From contig JBAYES010000001.1 in the NCBI GenBank assembly GCA_041667545.1, positions 5,928-69,927 on the forward strand: DNA of 64,000 nucleotides. The letters are read 5' to 3'. The stretch comes from Candidatus Omnitrophota bacterium. Lineage in GTDB: Bacteria > Omnitrophota > Gorgyraeia > Tantalellales > Tantalellaceae. The position numbers and the translations under genes are program-made. Of this stretch, positions 29,222-36,515 are shown piece by piece; within the stretch, counting starts at the first letter, position 1; the number at the start of each line of letters is the position of its first letter. A model generated the notes under the pieces. That model was not told the DNA's origin. It saw nothing but the letters and a program-made list of their open reading frames with translations, and ran no database searches.

Positions 29222-29626
29222 ATGGAAGAGAAGAAGATACAAAAAAAAGATCTGAGAGAGTTTGGAATGGTGCTGTCTCTCATTCTGGCTCTTTTCGCGT
29301 TCATCCATTTCCGAAAAGGGCATTTTGATCTTACTAAATGGTTATCCATGTTCTCTGGCATGTCGGTTTTGTTCGCGATACTGGTGCCCGCGGCCTTAAT
29401 ACCGGCTTTTAAAGTTTTCACAAAAATAGCCCATGCTCTCGGCTGGTTCAACACAAGGCTTATCTTAGCCTTCGTTTACTATCTTATAGTAACCCCGATA
29501 GGTATAGTTTTCCGTATTTTCGGGAAAGATCTTTTGTCTTTAAAATTAGACAAGAACAAACCAAGCTACTGGCTTGACCATCATTCGGGAGGCGTCACGG
29601 CAGAGTCCCTGGAAAAACAGTTTTAG
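29222..29626 (+). CDS. SxtJ-like small membrane protein
   Basis: 134-aa protein with about 3 TM helices immediately downstream of the carbamoyltransferase. The ...REFGMVLSLILALF segment resembles SxtJ-family proteins. Confidence 0.45.
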   Translation: MEEKKIQKKDLREFGMVLSLILALFAFIHFRKGHFDLTKWLSMFSGMSVLFAILVPAALIPAFKVFTKIAHALGWFNTRLILAFVYYLIVTPIGIVFRIFGKDLLSLKLDKNKPSYWLDHHSGGVTAESLEKQF

Positions 29627-29639
29627 GGTCCGAAAAAGC

Positions 29640-29760
29640 GCAAAAAAGAGGAGCTCCTCGCTGTCATTCGCTATGAGGTCGCGGGGTTTGTGGAAAGGAT
29701 CCTGTTTCCTTGGTCATTACGAGGAGCCCTGTACCGGAGCGAAGCGACTATTACAATGCG
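29640..29760 (+). repeat. degenerate single copy of the CGTCATTGCGAGG...CGACGAAGCAA element
   Basis: gtcattacgaggagccctgtaccggagcgaagcgactattacaatgcgacgaagcaaacc, preceded by gctgtcattcgctatgagg. Confidence 0.6.
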
Positions 29761-29793
29761 ACGAAGCAAACCCCAAACAAAAGGATTGAACAT

Positions 29794-29952
29794 ATGGGAA
29801 AAATGGGGATAATGAGAGAATTATGGGACTTCATGAGAGTCCGGAAAAAGTGGTGGCTTCTGCCCATAATAATAATGCTGCTTCTTCTGGGGCTTTTGTT
29901 AATATTCACCCAGTCCTCAGCAGTAGCCCCGTTCATATACACGTTGTTTTGA
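29794..29952 (+). CDS. SxtK-like/DUF5989-like small membrane protein
   Basis: MGKMGIMRELWDFMRVRKKWWLLPIIIMLLLLGLLLIFTQSSAVAPFIYTLF. The RKKWWL...APFIYTLF pattern matches small proteins found after carbamoyltransferase genes. I prefer this internal ATG over the ORF start at 29710. Confidence 0.5.
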   Translation: MGKMGIMRELWDFMRVRKKWWLLPIIIMLLLLGLLLIFTQSSAVAPFIYTLF

Positions 29953-30062
29953 GCAAAGAGGTAAGGGGTAAGAGGCAAGGGGCAAGAGGTAAGGGCAGGG
30001 GGCGAAGGGCGGAGAGCAAAGGGCAAAGAGCGAAGGGCAAAGAGCGAAGGGCGGAGATCGGA
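29953..30062 (+). repeat. purine-rich (GGTAAGGGG/CAAGAGG/CGAAGGG)n tract
   Basis: gtaaggggtaagaggcaaggggcaagaggtaagggcagggggcgaagggcggagagcaaagggcaaagagcgaagggcaaagagcgaagggcggag. It contains four or more GGG/GGGG runs. Confidence 0.85.
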
Positions 30063-30076
30063 AGGATCGCAAAGCC

Positions 30077-30141
30077 CCGTCTTTGCGAGGTCCCCGGAAC
30101 GGGGGCCGAAGCAATCTAATAAAATAAAAATAAAACAAGTC
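30077..30141 (+). promoter_or_regulatory. structured element CCGTCTTTGCGAGG-[CCCCGGAACGGGG hairpin]-CCGAAGCAATCTAATAAAATAAAAATAAAACAAGTC
   Basis: A near-identical element at 32927-32992 has its hairpin changed to CCTCCGGAACGGAGG, which is compensatory covariation. It lies about 25 nt upstream of the UXS start. Confidence 0.7.
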
Positions 30142-30164
30142 TCGGTGTAAAAAAAAGGACAATC

Positions 30165-31106
30165 ATGCGTATACTACTAACCGGCGGAGCCGGATTTCTC
30201 GGGTCACATCTGTCTGAACGCCTTCTAAAAGAGGGACATAAAGTTGTCTGTATGGACAACCTTATAACCGGCAGAACGGAGAATATATCTCACCTTATCT
30301 CTAATGAGGACTTTGAATTCATCAAACATGATGTCTCAAAATTCATTATTGTTGACGAGAAACTGGATTATGTTTTTCATTTTGCATCTCCCGCAAGCCC
30401 CGAAGACTATCTCAATCACCCGATAAAAACCCTTAAAGTGGGTTCTCTGGGGACACATAACGCTCTTGGCGTGGCAAAAGAGCATGAAGCAAAATTCCTT
30501 CTCGCGTCCACTTCCGAGGTTTACGGAGACCCTCTTGTAAACCCCCAGCCGGAAACTTACTGGGGCAACGTAAACCCCATAGGGCCGCGCGGAGTTTATG
30601 ACGAAGCAAAGAGATTCGCGGAAGCTATAACGCTTGCTTATCACAGGGTTCACGGTGTAGATACTAAAATAGCCCGTATCTTCAATACTTACGGGGAAAG
30701 AATGCGCCATCATGACGGCCGGGTAGTACCGAATTTCATAGATCAGGCATTGAAGGGAGAACCACTTACAGTTTACGGTGACGGGACACAGACGAGAAGT
30801 TTTTGCTACGTGTCAGACCTTATTGAGGGGATATTCCGCCTTATGAATTCAGATCTTAACGAGCCGGTAAACATCGGAAACCCCATAGAGCTGAGCGTTC
30901 TTGAATTTGCGGAAAAAATAAAAGAAATATCCGGAGCTGATTGTGAAATAGTCTTCAAGCCGCTCCCGGTCAACGACCCAAAAGTAAGAAGGCCGGACAT
31001 AACCAAAGCAAAAAAAGAACTCGGCTGGGAACCCGAGATTAATTTAGAGCAAGGATTAAAGAGAACTATAGAATGGGCCAAGAGAGAAGCAAAAACGACT
31101 CAGTAG
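30165..31106 (+). CDS. UDP-glucuronate decarboxylase (UDP-xylose synthase)
   Basis: [16 protein letters not shown] start, YDEAKR catalytic motif and 313-aa length fit UXS. The upstream ugd supplies UDP-GlcA. Confidence 0.8.
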   Translation: MRILLTGGAGFLGSHLSERLLKEGHKVVCMDNLITGRTENISHLISNEDFEFIKHDVSKFIIVDEKLDYVFHFASPASPEDYLNHPIKTLKVGSLGTHNALGVAKEHEAKFLLASTSEVYGDPLVNPQPETYWGNVNPIGPRGVYDEAKRFAEAITLAYHRVHGVDTKIARIFNTYGERMRHHDGRVVPNFIDQALKGEPLTVYGDGTQTRSFCYVSDLIEGIFRLMNSDLNEPVNIGNPIELSVLEFAEKIKEISGADCEIVFKPLPVNDPKVRRPDITKAKKELGWEPEINLEQGLKRTIEWAKREAKTTQ

Positions 31107-31115
31107 AATAATGCT

Positions 31116-31367
31116 TCCGTCATTGCGAGGAGTGGACGAAAAGAGTATTCCTCCGTCGTTGCGAGGAGCGAACGAAGAGAGTATTTCTCCGTCGTTGCGA
31201 GGAGCGAACGAAGAGAGTATTCCTCCGTCGTTGCGAGGAGCGAACGAAAAGAGTATTCCTCCGTCGTTGCGAGGAGCGAACGAAAAGAGTATTCCTCCGT
31301 CGTTGCGAGGAGCGAACGAAGAGAGTATTTCTCCGTCGTTGCGAGGAGCGAACGAAGAGAGCGACGA
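31116..31367 (+). repeat. tandem repeat array D: seven copies of a 36-bp unit TCCGTCGTTGCGAGGAGCGAACGAAGAGAGTATTYC
   Basis: Copy starts at 31116, 31152, 31188, 31224, 31260, 31296 and 31332. Ends ...GAGCGACGAAGCAATCTCAAAAAATCAAGGAGCAATATG at the gmd start. Confidence 0.95.
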
Positions 31368-31394
31368 AGCAATCTCAAAAAATCAAGGAGCAAT

Positions 31395-32375
31395 ATGAGC
31401 AACAAAAAAGCGCTGATAACCGGTATAACCGGCCAGGACGGCAGTTATCTTGCCGAATACCTGCTTAAAAAAGGATACGAGGTGTATGGTGTTGTGAGAC
31501 GGGTTGCCTTGGAAGACCAAAAGCACAGAATGTGGCGCATAAACCACATAGCCGACAAAATTAAATTTCACTCCGGGTCGCTTGAAAGTTATCCCAGTCT
31601 TTTTAAGATAGTGGAGAAGATCAGGCCTGACGAATGTTATCATCTTGCGGCTCAGAGTTTTGTGACCTATTCTTTTGAAGACGAATTCTCGACCCTTAAT
31701 GCCAATATTAACGGAACGCATTACATTTTATCGGCTCTTCAGAGCGTGGTTCCCGACTGCCGGTTCTATTTCGCCGCGTCCAGCGAGATGTTCGGGCGTG
31801 TAGAAGAAGTTCCTCAAACTGAGATAACAAAGTTCCACCCCAGGTCAGCATATGGCATTTCAAAAGTAGCGGGTTTTGATCTTACAAGGAATTACCGTGA
31901 GGCGTACAATATGTACGCGGTAAGCGGCATACTTTTTAACCATGAATCGCCGCGCAGAGGATATGAATTCGTTACGAGGAAGATAACTTCTCTTGCGGCG
32001 CAAATTAAACTTGGCAAAGCCCAAAAGCTGTATCTTGGCAATCTTGATGCCAAAAGAGACTGGGGCCATGCGCGGGAGTATGTCAAAGCCATGCATGCTA
32101 TGCTTCAGCAGGATGAACCGTATGACTATGTGATAGGTACGGGAGAAACCCACTCGGTGCGTGAATTTGCCGAAATAGCCTTTAAATGCCTTGATCTGGA
32201 TTACAAGAAATATGTGGAAATCGACCAGAATTTTTTCCGTCCCGCAGAAGTAGATCTTCTCATCGCCGATCCGTCAAAAGCAAAAAAAGAACTGGGCTGG
32301 GAATACGATCTCTCGTTCGAAGATCTTGTCTCGGAGATGGTAAGATCAGATTACGACCATCTGTCAAAGAGCTAA
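31395..32375 (+). CDS. gmd: GDP-mannose 4,6-dehydratase
   Basis: KALITGITGQDGSYLAEYLL start, YxxxK catalytic motif and 326-aa length fit Gmd. Confidence 0.9.
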   Translation: MSNKKALITGITGQDGSYLAEYLLKKGYEVYGVVRRVALEDQKHRMWRINHIADKIKFHSGSLESYPSLFKIVEKIRPDECYHLAAQSFVTYSFEDEFSTLNANINGTHYILSALQSVVPDCRFYFAASSEMFGRVEEVPQTEITKFHPRSAYGISKVAGFDLTRNYREAYNMYAVSGILFNHESPRRGYEFVTRKITSLAAQIKLGKAQKLYLGNLDAKRDWGHAREYVKAMHAMLQQDEPYDYVIGTGETHSVREFAEIAFKCLDLDYKKYVEIDQNFFRPAEVDLLIADPSKAKKELGWEYDLSFEDLVSEMVRSDYDHLSKS

Positions 32376-32398
32376 GGGCTAAGGGCGAAGAGCAATCT

Positions 32399-32445
32399 CC
32401 CCGTCATTGCGAGGAGTCCACGGCTACTAAAACTTAGAACGACGA
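32399..32445 (+). repeat. single copy of the CGTCATTGCGAGG...CGACGAAGCAAACC element
   Basis: ccccgtcattgcgaggagtccacggctactaaaacttagaacgacgaagcaaacc. Confidence 0.7.
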
Positions 32446-32523
32446 AGCAAACCAAATAATATGAAAATGACAAGTCGCGCAAAGGACAAAGTGGAAAGGC
32501 AGGATAAGGACGATAGTGAATAA

Positions 32524-32871
32524 ATGGGTGCAAAGATGAGTGTATTCCACAAGGAACTTGGAAGTGGACGCTGGAATGAGATGCCATTCTGCGAGCAAAT
32601 GGCGAATATCGGAAGCGAAGTAAGCAGGGCATTCAGATGGCGTGAAAAAGACAGAAAGGATCTTTCACTTAACTCGGCAAACAGGGCTTTGGAGCTTTTG
32701 GACATGACCACAAGACCCATAAAAAAATACGCCCGGTTAAAGGAACTATCGCGAGTAAGAGAAGTTTTGGTTGATTTTTTCTATGGTAGCAACGAATACG
32801 GTTCTTCTGGGATATCATTGCTAAAATATTTCGACCATTTTAACTATCTGGCGAGAATAGGTAAGGGGTAG
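32524..32871 (+). CDS. small hypothetical protein
   Basis: 115-aa ORF bracketed by repeat elements, with a weak all-alpha resemblance to MazG-like NTP pyrophosphohydrolases. No confident family assignment. Confidence 0.4.
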   Translation: MGAKMSVFHKELGSGRWNEMPFCEQMANIGSEVSRAFRWREKDRKDLSLNSANRALELLDMTTRPIKKYARLKELSRVREVLVDFFYGSNEYGSSGISLLKYFDHFNYLARIGKG

Positions 32872-32925
32872 GGGCGAAGGGGCAAGAGGTAAGGGGTAAG
32901 AGCAAAGGGCGGAAGGGTCACAAAA
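32866..32925 (+). repeat. purine-rich GGTAAGGGG tract
   Basis: ggtaaggggtaggggcgaaggggcaagaggtaaggggtaagagcaaagggcggaaggg. Confidence 0.85.
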
Positions 32926-32926
32926 T

Positions 32927-33031
32927 CTCGTCGTTGCGAGGCCTCCGGAACGGAGGCCGAAGCAATTTAATAAAATAAAAATAAAACAAGTCCCGGGATT
33001 GCTTCGGTCGCTCCGCTTCCTCGCAACGACG
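32927..33031 (+). promoter_or_regulatory. inverted pair of CGTCGTTGCGAGG...CCGAAGCAAT elements flanking a conserved A-rich core
   Basis: Forward copy at 32927-32992 with a CCTCCGGAACGGAGG hairpin. An inverted partial copy ATTGCTTCGGTCGCTCCGCTTCCTCGCAACGACGG at 32997-33031 gives a roughly 100-nt imperfect palindrome. Confidence 0.7.
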
Positions 33032-33091
33032 GGAAACGACCGAAGAATCTAAGGACTATTTAGCAATTTAACAACAAGGAGATACAGTACA

Positions 33092-34216
33092 ATGCAAGTA
33101 CCGCTTTTAGACCTGAAAGGTCAGTACAAAAGCATTAAACAGGAAATAGATAAGACAATAGCCGATGTGGTCGAAAGCCAGTACTTCATACTTTCCTCTG
33201 AAGTATCGGAGTTTGAGAAGGAAGTTGCTTCTTATACCGGTGTTCCAGCTGGTGTCGGCGTGGCTTCCGGCACAGACGCCATAATCCTTGCGTTGAGAGC
33301 CGCGGGCATAGGCAAGGGAGACAGAGTAATAACCACACCTTTTACTTTTTTCGCTACCGCCGAGTCGATTTCCGTCCTCGGAGCTAAGCCAGTCTTCGTT
33401 GATATCGACCCCGAAACTTACAATATAGACCCAAAGGCGATCGAAGAAGCCATGCTCAAAATACAAAAACGCGATAACGCCGAACGCGGTACGATCAAGG
33501 CTATCATCCCGGTCCATCTCTACGGCCAATGCGCCGACATGGGCCCTATAATGGAGATAGCCCTTAAATACGGGCTTAAAGTAATAGAAGACTGCGCCCA
33601 GGCCATGGGAGCCGTCTACAAAGGGAAGAAAGCGGGGAGTTTCGGCCTCGCCGGAGCATTCAGTTTCTTTCCCAGCAAGAATCTGGGCGGATTCGGAGAC
33701 GGAGGAATGGTAGTTTCGGACGATGACGGTATTATTTCAGCCGTGAAAAAGTTAAGGGTACATGGCAGCTCAAAACAGTACATTCATGACGAAATAGCGT
33801 ATAATTCCAGGCTCGATAGCCTTCAGGCCGCGATACTGAGGGTTAAGCTAAGAAAGCTCAATTTCTGGATAGAAAAACGTATAGAGATCGCCAGAAGATA
33901 CAATGAGGCCTTTCAGGGAACGGATATCGTTACTCCCAAAACCGGAGAAGGAAATACACACACTTATCATCAATACACCATATCGGTTCCTGACAGAGAT
34001 GGTCTGCTAAATTATCTGGGGGAAAAGGGAATAGGCTCAAGAGTATATTATCCCGTACCCATGCACCTTCAGCCGTGTTATAAAGATCTGGGCTACAAAA
34101 AGGGAGATTTCCCCATATCGGAAAAAGCCGCAAAAAGCGTACTCTCTCTCCCGGTATATCCCGAACTTACGGAAGAAATGATACAATACGTCATCGACAC
34201 AGTACTTGCGTTTTAG
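33092..34216 (+). CDS. DegT/DnrJ/EryC1/StrS-family sugar aminotransferase (PLP-dependent)
   Basis: N-terminal VPLLDLKGQY, the GSFG..GAFSFFPSKNLG region and 374-aa length. Confidence 0.85.
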   Translation: MQVPLLDLKGQYKSIKQEIDKTIADVVESQYFILSSEVSEFEKEVASYTGVPAGVGVASGTDAIILALRAAGIGKGDRVITTPFTFFATAESISVLGAKPVFVDIDPETYNIDPKAIEEAMLKIQKRDNAERGTIKAIIPVHLYGQCADMGPIMEIALKYGLKVIEDCAQAMGAVYKGKKAGSFGLAGAFSFFPSKNLGGFGDGGMVVSDDDGIISAVKKLRVHGSSKQYIHDEIAYNSRLDSLQAAILRVKLRKLNFWIEKRIEIARRYNEAFQGTDIVTPKTGEGNTHTYHQYTISVPDRDGLLNYLGEKGIGSRVYYPVPMHLQPCYKDLGYKKGDFPISEKAAKSVLSLPVYPELTEEMIQYVIDTVLAF

Positions 34217-34301
34217 TTTTCCGAAAAAGCCTTTGACAAAGAAAAATTATAGTGTATAATCTATAATACATATAACTTATAAGCTATATGGCAAGGCTAA
34301 T

Positions 34302-35012
34302 ATGGACAAAAACATTAGAGAAGCTCAAAAAGAAGTTTTAAAGGTTTTTTCGCGGCATGCCCAAAATTTCGCGCTTTCCGGCGGAACGGCCTTAGAACTT
34401 TACTATCTGCATCACAGATTTTCAATTGATCTGGATTTTTTTTCTCCCGTATATGATGTGAAAGAGATAGACCTTCTGATCAAAGAGTTAAAGAAAGACC
34501 TAAAGACCGATATAAAATTGGAAAATGAACTCATGTCCGGGAATAAAGCAAAAGTTCGTTTTTATACGATGCCCATAAGTGATTCAGAAAAGACGTTGAA
34601 AATAGATTTTGTTGAAGACGTGATAGTAGATAAACCTGAAATTGAGAATTTTGAAGGTGTCAGAGTTTATGGGGCGCATAATATATATTTGCAAAAGGCC
34701 TCGGCCATTACGGGAACTCAGATAAACACAGACCACATAGGACGGGAGATCATGCAGGGCAGGGTGGAAGCCAGGGACGCATTCGATCTATATATGCTTT
34801 CAAAAAAAATAAGTCCGCTTCACGTGTTTTTAAAAAGTTCTCCGGGGTATATACAACGGGGGATAATTCAATGGTATAGAAGGTTCTCAAGAACAGATCT
34901 TAAGCTATCACTGCTTGACCTGGATATCTATTCAAGAACATTCGACTCAAAGGAAATGATAATTCATCTGGAAGAAGAAATAGAAAAATTCATGCAGGAA
35001 ACCATAATATGA
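34302..35012 (+). CDS. AbiEii-like nucleotidyltransferase (DUF1814 family)
   Basis: GGTALELYYLHHRFSIDLDFF matches the AbiEii N-terminal NTase motif. Confidence 0.55.
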   Translation: MDKNIREAQKEVLKVFSRHAQNFALSGGTALELYYLHHRFSIDLDFFSPVYDVKEIDLLIKELKKDLKTDIKLENELMSGNKAKVRFYTMPISDSEKTLKIDFVEDVIVDKPEIENFEGVRVYGAHNIYLQKASAITGTQINTDHIGREIMQGRVEARDAFDLYMLSKKISPLHVFLKSSPGYIQRGIIQWYRRFSRTDLKLSLLDLDIYSRTFDSKEMIIHLEEEIEKFMQETII

Positions 35013-35533
35013 GCAAAGCAAATTCATCATATTCAAAGTATTTCTGGGACCTGAACGAAAAAGCGCTCACGGAAACAGCGGATATCTTAAAGGATCCCGA
35101 TCATGAGAGATTTCAGCAGAGAATGGTCAGACTGCTTTCCCGCTGTCAGAGCCCGGAAGAGCTTTTTTCTGTAATTTCAAAAGACAACTTTGTCAAAGCT
35201 TGGCCTAAATTGAGCAGGTACTGGGCAAAAATAGAAAAAATCTCGGATTTCAGAGACTGGTGGCAGACAATATACGAGGAGATCCTGAGAAGACAAGGCA
35301 AGGCCACGAAGGCAATGGGAGAGCCTTCGGCGCTCTTTAAGAATATCGGGGCAAAGATCAGGGAAGCAAGGACAGAAAAGGAAATCAGCCAGAAAGATCT
35401 TGCTTTGGCGGTTGGAATGAAACAGCCCGATATTTCCAAGATCGAAGAGGGTAAAAAGAACATTACTCTTGAAACTTTAGCCCGAATATGTAAATATCTG
35501 GATATTCGAGAAATAGGGATAATCGGAAAATAG
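35009..35533 (+). CDS. XRE-family HTH protein with an unknown N-terminal domain
   Basis: C-terminal ISQKDLALAVGMKQPDISKIEEGKKNITLETLARICKYLDI helix-turn-helix. An ATGA start/stop overlap links it to the upstream NTase gene. Confidence 0.55.
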   Translation: MSKANSSYSKYFWDLNEKALTETADILKDPDHERFQQRMVRLLSRCQSPEELFSVISKDNFVKAWPKLSRYWAKIEKISDFRDWWQTIYEEILRRQGKATKAMGEPSALFKNIGAKIREARTEKEISQKDLALAVGMKQPDISKIEEGKKNITLETLARICKYLDIREIGIIGK

Positions 35534-35551
35534 TAGGAAAGGGGGACAGGC
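35456..35551 (+). repeat. 96-bp direct repeat, copy 1 (3' end of the XRE gene plus AGGAAAGGGGGACAGGC)
   Basis: About 96% identical to 37614-37709. Confidence 0.9.
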
Positions 35552-35605
35552 TACTTTTTATTCCTACAGTTCCCACAATATAAAAAGTTGCCTGTCCCCC
35601 TTTTT
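35541..35605. terminator. long-stem hairpin with a T-run on either strand (GGGGGACAGGC...GCCTGTCCCCC TTTTT)
   Basis: 11-bp perfect GC-rich stem, extendable to about 20 bp through ACTTTTTA/TAAAAAGT, followed by TTTTT. A T-run also follows on the - strand. Second copy at 38463-38523. Confidence 0.55.
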
Positions 35606-35694
35606 CACAACGAGCAACCCCGTACCACTCGCTTCGCTCGGGCACGGGTAGGCGAGCACCCAGCAACCTCTATGGGCGAGTCAACATTTTAACG

Positions 35695-36462
35695 TTGGCG
35701 AAACTATGGAAACATGATCGATCGACGAGGTGCATGTTGAATAAACCGGAACTTAAACAGTATTTAATGAGCGGTCAGTTCCTGAATGCTCTGTCCAGAC
35801 GGAAATATTTTAGCTTTGACGAGCTTTATGCCAAATTGTCGAAAAAGTATCCGGATTTAAAAAGAGTACAGCTATCTCGCTATATGTTTGATGTTGTTAA
35901 AAATGGAAAAATATATGGCGCCGGTCGAGGATGGTACTCTTTGATCAAAAGTCCTTTGACGGCAGAGCCGGAGTTTGTTCAAGAAATTGTGGATCTTCTG
36001 GCCAATGAGTATCCGCAAGTTGTTTTTTCCTGTTGGTCGACCAAACATATCCGGTCTTTTATGCATCACCTGCTTGCGAAATTTGTGACATTTGTTTATA
36101 CGCAGTGGGAAGCGATGGAGATGATGGGAGATTTTCTGGAATCGGAAGGATACAAGGTATGGGTCAATCCGCACGGGAAGGATATTGATCGTTTCCATGT
36201 GAATATGGAGAAAACCGTTGTTATTCGCCCATTGATTTCTCGTGTTCCGGTTAATGGCCATTTTGCGACATTTGAGAAAATTCTGGTCGATCTGGGGGTG
36301 GAGATCCGGCAGTTGCCTTTAATGGATGAGAGCGAATATGACACCTTGTTATCGAATGCTTTGACAGCCGGACGTGTGGATGTCGGAACTCTGATTAGTT
36401 ATGCCAAGAGGCGGCGGTTAAGTATTGACAAGACTGTATTCAATATTCGCAAGGCGTTATGA
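35695..36462 (+). CDS. AbiEi-like antitoxin/transcriptional regulator
   Basis: N-terminal region with a GAGRGWYSL motif typical of AbiEi-family wHTH domains. Sits immediately upstream of an AbiEii gene. Confidence 0.5.
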   Translation: MAKLWKHDRSTRCMLNKPELKQYLMSGQFLNALSRRKYFSFDELYAKLSKKYPDLKRVQLSRYMFDVVKNGKIYGAGRGWYSLIKSPLTAEPEFVQEIVDLLANEYPQVVFSCWSTKHIRSFMHHLLAKFVTFVYTQWEAMEMMGDFLESEGYKVWVNPHGKDIDRFHVNMEKTVVIRPLISRVPVNGHFATFEKILVDLGVEIRQLPLMDESEYDTLLSNALTAGRVDVGTLISYAKRRRLSIDKTVFNIRKAL

Positions 36463-36515
36463 ATTAAATCCACATTTATCAAAAGTGTGGATTTAATTCA
36501 TATAGGGAATCTTAT

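Noticed and set aside
21311-31367. Whether the tandem arrays are CRISPR arrays.
   Set aside because: Units are contiguous with no intervening unique spacers and lengths vary from 36 to 57 bp. No cas genes are in the window. They are plain tandem repeats.
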